Source: Eledone cirrhosa
Taxonomy: Eukaryota
Reading direction: 5' to 3'
Length of the DNA stretch: 64,000 bases
NCBI GenBank assembly: GCA_964016885.1
Contig: OZ024744.1
Location: 118,544,001-118,608,000, forward strand
Made by a program: the position numbers and the translations under genes. Shown here piece after piece: positions 14,111 to 26,789 of this stretch. The notes below the pieces were generated by a model. That model had not been told where the DNA came from and did no database searches. It saw only the letters and a list, made by a program, of their open reading frames with translations. Each line of letters starts with the position of its first letter. Within the stretch, counting starts at the first letter, position 1.

Positions 14111-14689
14111 TACTATATATAGAGAGAGGGAGAAAAAAGAGAAAGAGACAGTGATGGAGAAATTAGTTTATCGAAGGGAGATAACCCAGCTAAATTGTTT
14201 TTAAAATACAATTTCGTTACATTTCTTTGGTTTATTTCTTGTTTGAAATCAAATATGTGTTAAAAATTATTTTTATACTTCTATTGATTTGCTTTTTCTA
14301 CAGAAGACTTTTTCCTAGGTTTATTGTCATGACAGTTGACTGGGAGAACTTTAGTGCCAACTCAAGTTTGACATTTTATTTAGAAAAGAAATGTAAAATA
14401 GACTTTTTGATGATTTAATATCAAAGTCATTATAAATACAATCAGATATTTGTTCGATTAGAGCAGAAAAATAAAGATTTCATTTTCAATTTGCTTTGGT
14501 TGTATATTTATAAAGTTCCATAAAGTCTATTTTTATGTGAAACATCAAGATTATAATATTTTTTTCTCGTTTTCAATTTATATTTTAATATGGAATATTT
14601 ATGTAATTAAGTATTAAATTGTGTATATATATATAATACCAACAGTAACTGGTCATTACAATCCCTATATATATATATCTGAACGAATT

Positions 14690-15244
14690 GAGAGAGAGAG
14701 ACTAAGCATAAGAGGTATCAAATGTTTGTGTGCAGGAGAGGAGATTGCGTTGGTATCGACATGTGATACATATGAAGGACAACAGCTATATAAAAAAGTG
14801 CAGAGCGATCAAAATTGATGGAAGCTACTGGTAGACCAAGAAAAACCTGGGACGAGGTAATAAAAACTGACCTTGCTCACTTACACCTCTCTAAGACAAT
14901 GTCACTGAATCAAGACCTTTGGCACCATGCAGTTATACAGAAGACCTGCCTTCCCTTACATATATACTTAAACCTACAGTCAGTAGACACCTCTTAACCC
15001 AAGATACACCCCACACCCCTTACTCCATCCTCCCACTGTAAAGTGGTAATGTAGGAGACACGGTAAAAAGGCTCCCAGTCCACACTGTAAATGTGGTTGG
15101 TGTTAGGTACCTGCCAGAAACAGTTCTGTATGAGTGAGACACTGCCACCTGAGCAATCTTGCCTCAAGTAGGACAAAACCGTCCAACCCATGCTAGTGTG
15201 AAAGATGGATGTTAAATGATGATGATGATGAAGATGATGATGAT
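14690..15244 (+). mobile_element. 3' fragment of RTE-type LINE family A
   Basis: GRPRKTWDEVIKTDLAHLHLSKTMSLNQDLW matches the C-terminus of the 26889-29006 ORF. It has the same 3' UTR and a (GAT)n tail at ~15218-15244. Confidence 0.88.
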
Positions 15245-15788
15245 ATATAAATAGGGACTGTAATATCCAGTTACTGTAGGTTCACAAAAGTGAGCATTCA
15301 ATGTGTAGTCTCCAGTAAGTATAGAGGTGTAGTACTAAGCAGAGTGTAATAATAATAATAATGATGCTTTCTTTATTAACCAAAAGGGTTGACATAAAGT
15401 ATAACATTAAGGACATCACAAGACGGTCAGGACGGTACAAATGGGCATTTCTGTGTGTAAAGAAAAAAGCCAAAAGAAATGACAAAAATAGAAACAAAGG
15501 AAAATTCCCCAATAGGGGGGGGGGGACGACTTCCGAGTGACATTCATGGAGAAAGCTCATTAAAAAAGCCATGGTGACCCTGACCACCAGGGCAAGTGCC
15601 CTCTCCCAGTTTATATATATTTGTGTGTGTGTATGTGTGTTAGGTAATTCCGAAGGAAAATCAAAGGAAAAAAAGAGTGCTCTATGTATAGAACAGAGCT
15701 ATTTATTTAGAAAAACCACTCCATTACCAAAGGTTTCTGGATCCCAGACAATATTAATATATATGTCTAGATCGTTCATCAGACAGAG

Positions 15789-16225
<437 letters not shown>

Positions 16226-16232
16226 ATATATA

Positions 16233-16293
<61 letters not shown>

Positions 16294-16379
16294 GGAAAGT
16301 TATATTTAAATTGTTGGGTTACAACTAGTAAATATTTATAACTGATATAAAAGCACTCGACAAGTATTAGGAGTATATT

Positions 16380-16671
16380 TACGATATTAAATAAATGGAA
16401 ACTATATTTATAAAACCATATTTATTTCATTATATATATTTCAGGGATATCATATTAACAATATGCTATGCCTTCCTCAGACAAAATACAATATAGACAG
16501 TTTTATAGATAAATAGATTATGGGTATGTCAAATCTATTTATCTATAAAACTGTCTATATTGTATTTTGTCTGAGGAAGGCATAGCATATTGTTAATATG
16601 ATATCCCTGAAATATATATAATGAAATAAATATGGTTTTATAAATATAGTTTCCATTTATTTAATATCGTA
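16380..16671. repeat. Perfect-looking ~140-bp-arm palindrome (12-nt spacer) with a hammerhead motif on each strand; likely inverted Penelope-like pLTR
   Basis: 16380-16519 is the reverse complement of 16532-16671. Confidence 0.9.
16563..16628 (+). ncRNA. Minimal type I hammerhead ribozyme motif (mirror copy on the minus strand at 16423-16488)
   Basis: Stem I TATTTTGT / CTGAGGA / stem II AGGCATAG..ATATCCCT / GAAA / palindromic TATATA / TA / stem I' ATGAAATA. Confidence 0.65.
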
Positions 16672-16947
16672 TATATATATATATATATATATATACATAC
16701 ATATATATATGTATATATATACATACATATATATATATGTATATATATAGAGAATTTATCTAACTTTACTGCCGAATTGTTCTTGAATTTCAGAAATGTA
16801 AGTTCTTCAATTTTCTAGTCTCTCTTTTCCGTAGTCCATTTGGCCATTGTAGATATTGTTTACAACTTAAAACCTAATCTTTCTCCCTCAAATCTTCATT
16901 CATATCCATACCTTTCTGTGTTATTACTATCTCGCACGTTTTTTTTA

Positions 16948-17067
16948 ATAATTGTTTCTACATTAGGCACAAGGCCAGCAATTATCCCAGTGTATTACTG
17001 GTACTTTATTCTATCGACCCCTTAGGATGAAAGACAAAGTTAACCTCGGCAGGATTTGAACTCAGAC
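16948..17067 (-). mobile_element. Nin/Deu-domain-like SINE fragment
   Basis: Reverse complement of GAGTTCAAATCC..GAGGTTAACTTTG(C)CTTTCATCCT..GGGGTCGAT..AATAAAGTACCAGT, shared with about ten other copies in the window. Confidence 0.8.
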
Positions 17068-17089
17068 CACGTTTTTTTAATAATATGCT

Positions 17090-20000
17090 TAAATCTGTTG
17101 GACCCTTTCTAGAAACTAGTCTTCTCCTAAAGTTACCCCCCACCCCCCACCCACACACCACCGTTGTTATTTGGTTCAATCAAAACTCAGTGGTTTATAG
17201 TAAGGTTTCTAACATAAATCTCTATAACAAAGCCACAGCCTTGACTATTACTCCTTAAGTTTAGACCTGGTGGTTGTTCGGTATGCTAAATGGACTACAG
17301 AGTGGGAGTGACTGAGCACTCAATGGTAAAGATAAAGATAAATTCACCTCCCACTTCCAAACAAGAATGCAACGACTCCTCTTTACTTCAGACATGGAAG
17401 ACCAACATAATTCCATCACACACATCCTTCTCTGTGCCCCCACCCCATCCCTTCCTCACCCCCAAAATATCCAAAACTTCAGAGTTGGTACCATGAATGT
17501 AGGCACATTGAAAGGTCGCTAAAACGAGGTTGTAGAGATGCTTGAACGTAAAGAAGTTGATGTTTGTTGTGTTCAAGAGACTAGGTAGAGAGAGAGGGGG
17601 GGGGGTCTGCCAGATTCATTGTGGGTAATAAACGATGCTATAAACTTTTCTGGGTGGGAAATGACAATGGGCTGGATGGAGTAGGAATCATGTTAGCTGA
17701 AATATGGGTGGATAAGGTAATTGCCATAAATAGAGTGAACGACAGAATAATTAAAATAAGGCTAGTTCTAAATAGAACTACTGTGACAATAATATCTGCT
17801 TATGCACCCCAATCTGTACTAATTGACGTTATTAAAGACAGATTCTATGAGTCTCTAATGCTTACTACCGCCCAGATATCCGACAGTGACTATATAATTA
17901 TTTCTGGCGACCTTAATGGTTATGTTGGACAACATAGTTATGGCTATGATGGTGTCCATGGGTTTGGTATTAGAAATGAGGAAGGCTTCAGGATCGTGTA
18001 ACACAAACTTAAAAAAAAAAGACAATCACTTGATCACTTATAGATCAGGGGAACAGGCCAGCCAGAAAGATTATATCCTTATTAGAAGATGTGACAGAGT
18101 CTCTGTTGTAAACACTAAGTCTCTCTCTCAGGAAGAATGCACCTCCCAACATAGACTAATTAGTGACCTCATAGTCAGGGCCAGACAAACTTGCCGGCAG
18201 AGGAATACCTTAAGAAGATTATGGAAGTTGAAGGACCCCACAGCCAGTAACAGATTTAAAAGCATATTACTTGATGCTTTTGACAGTAAGGAAGAGCAAT
18301 TAGAGACGTACATTGTAGAGGAAGAGTGGGAATTCCTGAAATTTAACCTGTTGAAGGCGACAGATGAAATCTGTGGCTGGAGCAGACCTATAGGCAGGAG
18401 GAGAGTGAGATGGTGGTGGAACAGTAAGGTGGAGGAGTCCATCAAGGGCAAAAGCAGGCTTGGAAAGAATGGCAGGATGGGGGTAGTAGAGAACTCTATC
18501 AGTTAGCTAGGAGAGAAGCTAGGAGACAAGTGTACTTTGCAAGAAGGGAAGCAGAGGATAGAAAGTTCAAGCATGTTCTACAACGCGAGGACCAAAAACA
18601 TGAGATGTTCAGGATTGCGAGGCAATGTGTCAAGGAAAACCGTGATATTGTTGGGGAGAAGTGTGTCTGTAATGATAATGGTGTACTTGCCCTCACTGAT
18701 ACTGATAAGAAGGTAGCCTGGCAGTGTCACTACGAGAGACTACTAAATGAGGAGAATAAATGGGAGAAAGACAGTCTCCCCCACATCGATCCAATAGTGG
18801 GACCAGCGGTGCAAGTTAAAGATAATATAATAAGTAAGGCAATCAAAGACATGAAGACAGGCAAGGCAGCTGGGCCTTTGGAGATCGTTGCTGAGATGTT
18901 GAAAGCATCTGGAATAGTGGGACACACTATGGTCACCCGGATAGTAAACCAAGTAATACAGAATGGGGTCATACCAAATGACTGCGTAGCAGCATCATCA
19001 TTAACTGCTACAAGGCCAAAGGAGATGCCCTAGATAGGGGAAACTATAGAGGCTTTAAGTTAGTTGACCAAGTCATGAAGGTCACGGAAAGAGTTATAGC
19101 ACAACTAATCAGAGATCGAATTGATCTAGATGAAATGCAGTTTGGGTTTGTGTCAGGTAAAAGTACCACAGATGCTCTTTTAACAGAATGTTGTGTTGAT
19201 GTACATATATATTGTAAAGGAGCATTTCATGCCTAAATACTCCTGCATCGAAGGTCACCAGTTTTAACAGAATGGTTTTTAAGAGTAGATGTATCACCAC
19301 AAAGAATTGAGGTTAGGCTGTAAGTCTCAGGTTCTGTTTCTGCTGTGATAATACCTCTGGAAGGAATCCTTCTATATCACATTTAAAGGCATCACCAATT
19401 TAGCAGTTAAATTATATTATAGTTAGTTGCGCCACAAGTGACCAGTTTGGTAGGATGATGTGGTAAGAATATCGACAACAACTTTGGCTTGTTTTACATT
19501 ATTCATTAACAAGGTTGAGCTGTGTAGAGCTGAATAGCTGAGTAGCTGGCATGCCAAGATAGATAAAACAAACGAATTAAGAATTCAGGAGGCACGGTCT
19601 ACTGGCTGAAGTGTTGCCAGGCCGTGGTTAAGTTGTTGTGTTACATGTTGGCTAGTGATTTCACGACGAAAGGAAGTTAGGTGTTTACATTTTCACAGTC
19701 AGGATGCAAGAGATAGATTTCTCAAATCAACGCGGAAATTTTTCCCTCGGGGCACGTAGAGATACATTCTCTTCCGCTGGCGGTCATTGGCTGGGCTGAG
19801 CCAAATAACGCGCGGAGAATGCATGTGATCCCCGGAATGTAGGTCACTACACTCTTTTTCTTGTACGACAACTACAGGAGAAGTACCTAGCTAAAAATAA
19901 GCCCCTATACTTAGCTTTTGTTGACTTGGAGAAAGCCTTTGATAGAGTCCCACGCTCCATTATCTGGTGGGCTCTTAGAAAACTATGTGTGAATGGCTTG

Positions 20001-20361
20001 TGAGAGCTATACAAGCCATGTATAGAAAAACAGTCAGTAAGGTTAGAATTAACAGTAAATATAGTGAAGAATTTAGCGTAAAAGTAGGTGTTCATCAAGG
20101 CTCTGTCCTTAGCCCCCTCCTGTTTATTATTGCCCTTCAGGCTATAACAGAAGAGTTTAAGACTGGCTGCCCACGGGAACTTCTATATGCAGATGATCTC
20201 ACTCTCTTAGCTGAATCTATGGCTGAACTAGAGAAGAAATTCCAAACATGGAAGCATGGCCTAAAATCAAAAGCCCGTAAGGATAACTTGTCTAAGACTA
20301 AAGTTCTCGTATGTAGAAATGAAAATAGGGCACAGGTGCCATGATCAGTGTGTAGGAAAGG
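17090..20361 (+). mobile_element. Degenerate RTE-type LINE family A copy with APE endonuclease and RT; interrupted at 19182-19851 and 3'-truncated at the start of the PHD-like finger
   Basis: EN motifs FRVGTMNVGTLKGR, VCCVQET, IISAYAPQ, SGDLNG and QHRL. RT motifs FVDLEKAFDRVP, GVHQGSVLSP and LYADD. Multiple stops and frameshifts. The 5' boundary is approximate. Confidence 0.9.
19182..19851. mobile_element. ~670-bp unidentified insertion in the LINE RT, flanked by a CTCTTTT duplication
   Basis: The intact copy reads ACAGACGCTCTTTTCATTGTACG. Here CTCTTTT occurs at 19175-19181 and again at 19852-19858. Confidence 0.7.
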
Positions 20362-20622
20362 ACTGAATTTTAACCATCTACTTAGTCAGGGTATGTCATG
20401 CATCATCTTATTTTATCTGATGAGGACGTACTGTTGAAGTTAACTCAGTACCTCTGAAATATGTATAATAAAATATACTTGATCACATGAATGTCTATTT
20501 TTGTTAATATTTTGAATTAATATTAATAACTCCGGAAAACCATAACTGTGGAGTGCTTCTAATCTATTGTAAAACTTTATTGTTTGATTTTTTCATTGAA
20601 CCTTGTTTAACCTTTAAATATA
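20362..20622 (+). mobile_element. Penelope-like terminal (pLTR) module; inverted partner at ~21285-21545
   Basis: About 260 bp, reverse-complement-similar to 21285-21545 and 33688-33938. Contains a hammerhead core. Confidence 0.65.
20409..20475 (+). ncRNA. Minimal hammerhead ribozyme motif
   Basis: TATTTTAT CTGATGA GGACGTACTG..CAGTACCTCT GAAA TATGTA TA ATAAAATA. Stem II is imperfect next to the core. Confidence 0.6.
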
Positions 20623-20629
20623 TATATAT

Positions 20630-20662
<33 letters not shown>

Positions 20663-20724
20663 CATATATATACACACACACACATATATATATATATATA
20701 CATATATATACACACACGTGAAGA

Positions 20725-21095
20725 CACATGACTTAGTGGTTAGAGCAGTAGGCTTGCAATCGAAAGGTTGTGAGTTCAATTCTCGGACCGGGTGATGTGT
20801 TGTTTCCTTGAGCAAGACACTTTATTTCACAATGCTCCAGTTTACTCAGCTGAAAATGAGTACCAGCAATAGCTGGAGGTTTAACCCTGCAATGGACTGG
20901 CGTCCTGTCCAGGGGGGAGTCTTGTACTCTCAGTCTCTTCACGCCATGAAGCCGGGATAAGCACCGGCCAAAGACAGACTTTAGACTTACGGCCTGCCCG
21001 CCCAGCCAGTGGGATGGCGTCATCGTATGGCTAAAACAGCATGTGCTGTGACCATCGGCGTCGAATGGCGCCCGACAGACTGGTCAGTCAAGGTG
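20725..21095 (+). mobile_element. tRNA-derived SINE with CORE-like segment
   Basis: A-box-like TGACTTAGTGG, B-box GAGTTCAATTCTC, then GTGTTGTTTCCTTGAGCAAGACACTTTATTTCAC. A second copy lies on the minus strand at ~33535-33660. Confidence 0.8.
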
Positions 21096-21284
21096 ATCAA
21101 GGTGATATACACACACACACACATATATATATACACACACACATATATATATATATATGTATATATACACACACATATATATATGTGTGTGTATATATAT
21201 ATATATATAGATATATATATCTATATATATATATATATACATATACACACCCACATATGTATATATATATATATATAATATATA

Positions 21285-22170
21285 TATATTTAAAGGTTAA
21301 ACAAGGTTCAATGAATAAATCAAAGAATTAGTTTTACAATAGATTGGAAGCACTCAACAAAAATGGTTTTCCAGAGTTTTTAATATTAATTCAAAATATT
21401 AACAAAAATAGAACTTCGTGTGATCAAGTATATTTTATTATACATATTTCAGAGGTACTGAGCTAACTTCAACAGTACGTCCTCATCAGATCAAATAAGA
21501 TAATGCATGACATACCCTGACTTAGTAGATGGTTAAGATTCAGTCATGGTAGTGAGTAAGATATGACAAAACTCAATATTTATATACCTTAAGATTGAGA
21601 CATGAAAAAATTTACATATTATACAGAGGGTGCGTGTGAGAAAGCTTAAAAATACATAACAGCAATTTACATAACTGTTAGAGATTCAAATAATTTAAAT
21701 TATTGAAGAAAGAAGAAAGAAAGAAAGAAGAAAGAAAGAAAGAAGAAAAGACAGAGAGAAACAGATGAGGAAAAAATATAGTTACTAGAAGTATAGAAAG
21801 CAAAAGAGAATTGATCAAGGATAGAGAAATAAGGAGGAAAATTTTTTATAGTATAAAGCATAGGGAGGGAGATTTATATTGTTGTGGATGAATAGTGTGT
21901 GATTAGATGATGCAGAAATATATATATATATCTATATAAATACATGAATATACAATTGGGCATAGCTTTGTGAAAGAGTAAACTCGAATCTTTGAATTAT
22001 CTAGAAGTATCCATCAATCTAAATATTAAATATATCTGGGTGTAATTATAAGGGTTTAATTTCGAGTCCTTAGTTAATTAGAAATATACTAACAATTAAT
22101 TATATACACTATATATATCCAAACGTATCCGGCTGACCGTTAAATTTCGAATCATTTAAGTTAGTTCAGA
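21285..22170 (-). mobile_element. Penelope-like element 3' region / pLTR (hammerhead motif at 21431-21497, minus strand)
   Basis: Colinear with 33688-34350. Further homology of 22850-22950 and 24120-24310 to 34950-35300 suggests a fragmented larger copy. Confidence 0.55.
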
Positions 22171-22184
22171 ATAATGAATTAATC

Positions 22185-22806
22185 TAAGTATGTATACCTA
22201 CATACATATATGTATACAGACGTACAGTAGTATGTATATATATATATATATATACATACATGCACACATATATATATGTACGTATGGATTTACCGAGCAT
22301 TTATTATAATGCTCGGTTGTTTGTAAACAAACATCCCGGATTAAGCCGTACAGTGTTTAACAACCATCGTGCCCTTTTGTTCAACACTGACAAAGGAACG
22401 ATGTACTAGTTTCTAGCTTATTAGCTATCGTCAGCAACGTATACCTTCCTGCCAGATGATTGAACATCTGAAAGTATATACTTTTCTTAAGCATATTAAC
22501 GGCTGAGCAGCCTAATTTGCATATCGAGTGAGTTAATCGGCTGGGTGCACTGAAAACGATAAACGGAAAAAATGAAACGAAATTTCATTTCCCACTCTTA
22601 GTACGGCTGTTACTTAATTATAAGTATGTATACGTACATACATATATGTATACAGACGTACAGTAGTATGTATATATATACATACATGTACACATATATA
22701 TATGTGTACGTATGAATTTACCGAGCATTTATTATAATGCTCGGTTTATTTGTAAACAAACATCCCCAATTAAGCCGTACAGTGTTTAGCAACCATCGTT
22801 GCCCTT
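22185..22806. repeat. ~190-bp direct repeat pair (22185-22376 and 22621-22806)
   Basis: TAAGTATGTATAC..CAGACGTACAGTAG..TTACCGAGCATTTATTATAATGCTCGG..AACCATCGT(T)GCCCTT occurs twice, 436 bp apart. Confidence 0.85.
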
Positions 22807-22946
22807 AATCTAAAGGTATAATATTTCAGGCTATAAAAGTTTATAAATATCTATATTAATATTAAAGTATACTATCATATTTAAAGTATTTGAAAGAAGA
22901 GACTTAATATTTTCATCCTCACGAGGGTAATCCATATCAAATTATA

Positions 22947-24110
22947 TTGGCAGTATCGGTAGAGCGTCGGACACCATGCTTTACAGCATAGAATTACGGC
23001 CCTTTCCATTCTGAGTTCAAATCCCGCCGAGGTTAACTTTGCCTTTCATCCTTACGGGGTCGATAAAATAAAGTACCAGTAATACACTGGGTAATAGCTG
23101 GCCTTGTGCCAAAAGTAGAAACAATTATTTTATAGGCATACGTCAAGACGGGCGGTCTCAAAAGTGAAACTAATTTTTGACAGTTACGTAAGTGATTACT
23201 TTCACACACAATGTCATTATTTATAAAAAAAAGGGCGATGAATTGGCAGTATCGATAGAGGGTTGGATGCCATGCTTTGATGCATAGAGTTACGGCCCTT
23301 GCCATTCTGAGTTCAAATCCCGCCGAGGTTAACTTTGCCTTTCATCCTTACGGGGTCGATAAAATAAAGTACCAGTAATGCACTGGGTGATTGCTGGCCT
23401 TGTGCCAAAAGTAGAAACAATTATTTATAAAAAAAACCCATACAATTGTGTACATGCATATATATATACATCTACAAATTCATACAAATGTGTATGTGTG
23501 CATAAATATATATATACATACACACATATATATATACAGACACATATGTATACACACAAACACACATATATATACACACAAACACATATACACACAAACA
23601 TATATATATACGTCTAAACCCATGCTTGCGTGGAAGATAGACGTTAAACGATGATGATGACACAAACACATATATATATACAAACACACACATATATATA
23701 TATACATACACACATGTCAAAAATTAGTTTCACTTTTGAGACCGCCCGTCTTGACGTATGCCTATTTTATATTATAGAGGGTCGGACAACATGCTTTGTA
23801 GCACAGAGTTACGCCCCTTTCTGATCTGAGTTCAAATCCTACCGAGGTTAACTTTGCCTTTCATCCTTACGGGGTCGATAAAATAAAGTACCAGTAATGC
23901 ACTGGGTAATTGCTGGCCTTGTGCCAAAAGTAGAAACAATTATTTTATATTATATTAAAAAAATTTTTTTATATTAAAATAATTGTTTCTACTTTAGGCA
24001 CAAGGCCAGCAATTACCCAGTGCATTACTGGTACTTTATTTTATCGACCCCGTAAGGATGAAAGGCAAAGTCAACCTCGGCGGGATTTGAACTCAGATCG
24101 TAAAAGGACT
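22947..24110. mobile_element. Cluster of four Nin/Deu-domain-like SINEs (22947-23127 +, 23233-23425 +, 23778-23943 +, 23979-24110 -)
   Basis: Repeated TTGGCAGTATCGGTAGAG..GAGTTCAAATCCCGCCGAGGTTAACTTTGCCTTTCATCCTTACGGGGTCGATAAAATAAAGTACCAGT..GCCTTGTGCC.AAAGTAGAAACAATTA. Confidence 0.85.
23132..23765. mobile_element. MITE-like element with perfect 51-bp terminal inverted repeats, carrying a nested SINE and an RTE tail
   Basis: ATAGGCATACGTCAAGACGGGCGGTCTCAAAAGTGAAACTAATTTTTGACA (23132-23182) is the exact reverse complement of 23715-23765. Confidence 0.6.
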
Positions 24111-24404
24111 AAAATAATAATTCTCATTATATAATTTAGAAAATAATTACAGTTATAACTTTAAAAATTTTAAATTAACAATTAGAATGCCCTAAAGTAT
24201 CTAAAGGCCTTATAATTAAACTTAAAAAAGGGTATTATTAAATTAGATACACACATTTGTCTAAATATATACAAAGAGTATATTGTCTAAAGTTCAAGAC
24301 GATATTAGTCAGTTATACACAAATAAGTTACTGTTAATATATATTTGATATATATTTTCCTTATCGAGCCCTCTCTGGATTTTAGTCTTCAATTTTATTA
24401 TTAT

Positions 24405-24543
<139 letters not shown>

Positions 24544-24775
24544 CACACACACTTTTATATGTATATATATATATATGTGTGTGGTTATATACATACACAT
24601 ATATGCGGGCCAGCATGGCATAAAGAGAATAAGATTTGTCGGCCTTTGATCTCCAAGGCAACAAGTGATACACTAGAGCTGTATTGTACTGTAATAGTAA
24701 TAATAACAATATCAATAATATTAGTAATAATTAGTTCAATGATTTCGTTGAGTGTTAAAAGTCTGTCCAGTCATT

Positions 24776-24932
24776 ATGAAGAAATCTGTACCTGTGGGTA
24801 GACACACCAAATCTGTACAACCATTGTGGGTTAAATCAGACGAACTTGCGCAGAAGAATGGTGTACGTCACACTGTTTATTCCGTGAACGGTGACCAGTT
24901 TACGGGAGAATGGTTCGACAATAAGAAACACG
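24776..24932 (+). CDS. MORN3: MORN repeat-containing protein 3-like, first coding exon
   Basis: [52 protein letters not shown](G) resembles the MORN3 N-terminus (LWK.WD.KAQ.NG.R..VY.VNGD.Y.GEW.DN.KHG). Phase-1 donor G|GTATAA at 24933. The start codon is inferred. Confidence 0.85.
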
Positions 24933-25642
24933 GTATAAAAGTTGATATCATATATTTTTATCGTTATTATTATAGAACACTCCACTTGAACACAAAAAGT
25001 CGTAGGTAAAAGTCCGAGTGGAGGTAGTTATCCGAGAGGCAGGGGACCAACCACACCCCTTCCGCCCTTGATTACCAAAATCTTAAAGGTTAGATTAGTT
25101 GATTACACGAAAAAAAATTCCACCCCACTAAAATGGAGTGGCGTGTTCTATAAATTTACCTTTTTTTTCTGTGTAACATGAATATAAGTATTGATATTAT
25201 TATTATATATTTTCTCATCCGGCAGGGGTCGCTCGCTGGCGGGGAGGGACTTCGCGGCCTCCTATCTGTGGAAACAATGGGGCTGGGGGAGCTGCCCCTT
25301 GGGACAGGCGAAGGTTGTGCGATGTGGGGGTGCCTGGGCAACTGGGATCTGGTGTTGGTCGTACGGAGATCAATCTTGCAAAATGGGGATATTTAACGGA
25401 TATGGACATAGTGTGTGACTGCGGTATCAAATCACAAACTACGCAGCACCTGATATGACCCCCTGCTGGAACACCCCTGTACAGCATTGGACTAAGTACA
25501 GTCTAATGAGAAAGGACAGCAATGTGTTCAGTTGTGGTGGAACCACATCTAGCCAAGCTTTGTAGCTGACACTCTTGTGGATATGAGAAGAATCTGGTGG
25601 GGAATATACGTATATAAATGTAGTGCTGTAAAGAAGATTTAA

Positions 25643-26750
25643 GTGGAGGTATGTGGTGGCCTAGTAGTAAGGGTGTTAGACCGGGTTGTGTGTTGTGTTC
25701 TTGAACAAAACACTACATTTCACATTACTCCAGTATACTACAGTGGAGGTATGTGGTGGCCTAGTGGTAAGGGTGTTAGACCGGGTTATGTGTTGTGTTC
25801 TTGAACAAAACACTACATTTCACATTACTCCAGTATACAACAGTGGAGGTCTGTGGTGGCCTAGTAGTAAGGGTGTTAGACTGGGTTGTGTGTTGTGTTC
25901 TTGAACAAAACACTACATTTCACATTACTCCAGTATACTACAGTGGAGGTATGTGGTGGCCTAGTGGTAAGGTTATTAGAGTGGGTTGTGTGTTGTGTTC
26001 TTGAACAAAACACTACATTTCACATTACACCAGTATACTACAGTGGAGGTATGTGGTGGCCTAGTGGTAAGGGTGTTAGACTGGGTTGTGTGTTGTGTTC
26101 TTGAACAAAACACTTCATTTCACATTACTCCAGTATACTACAGTAGAGGTATGTGGTGGCTTAGTGGTAAGGGTGTTAGACTGGGTTGTGTGTTGTGTTC
26201 TTGAACAAAACACTACATTTCACATTACTCCAGTATACTACAGTGGAGGTATGTGGTGGCCTAGTGGTAAGGGTGTTAGACTGGGTTGTGTGTTGTGTTC
26301 TTGAACAAGACACTTCATTTCACATTACTCCAGTATACGACAGTGAAGGTATGTGGTGGCCTAGTAGTAAGGGTGTTAGACTGGGTTGTGTGTTGTGTTC
26401 TTGAACAAAACACTACATTTCACATTACTCCAGTATACTACAGTGGAGGTATGTGGTGGCCTAGTAGTAAGGGTGTTAGACTGGGTTGTGTGTTGTGTTC
26501 TTGAACAAAACACTTCATTTCACATTACTCCAGTATACTACAGTGGAGGTATGTGGTGGCCTAGTGGTAAGGGTGTTAGACTAGGTTGTGTGTTGTGTTC
26601 TTGAACAAAACACTTCATTTCACATTACTCCAGTATACTACAGTGGAGGTATGTGGTGGCCTAGTGGTAAGGGTGTTAGACTGGGTTGTGTGTTGTGTTC
26701 TTCAACAAAACACTACATTTCACATTACTCCAGTATACTACAGTGGAGGT
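25643..26750 (+). repeat. 100-bp tandem array (11 units) derived from a B-box-deleted tRNA-SINE head
   Basis: Unit GTGGAGGTATGTGGTGGCCTAGTGGTAAGGGTGTTAGACTGGGTTGTGTGTTGTGTTCTTGAACAAAACACTACATTTCACATTACTCCAGTATACTACA, exact 100-bp period. Similar to the SINE at 20725-20845. Confidence 0.93.
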
Positions 26751-26789
26751 ATATATATATATATCTTATAAGAAACACAAAATATTGTA

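Noticed and set aside
20725-20795. tRNA gene
   Set aside because: A/B boxes are present, but the sequence continues into a SINE body, has a second dispersed copy and lacks a convincing acceptor stem.
22515-22522. Octamer motif ATTTGCAT as a promoter element
   Set aside because: A single 8-mer is expected by chance in 64 kb of AT-rich DNA, and no linked snRNA or histone gene is seen.
24968-25160. Possible DNA-transposon/MITE remnant sharing GTGTTCTATAAATTTAC with 32720-32740
   Set aside because: Shared sequence is too short and the termini too unclear to call an element.
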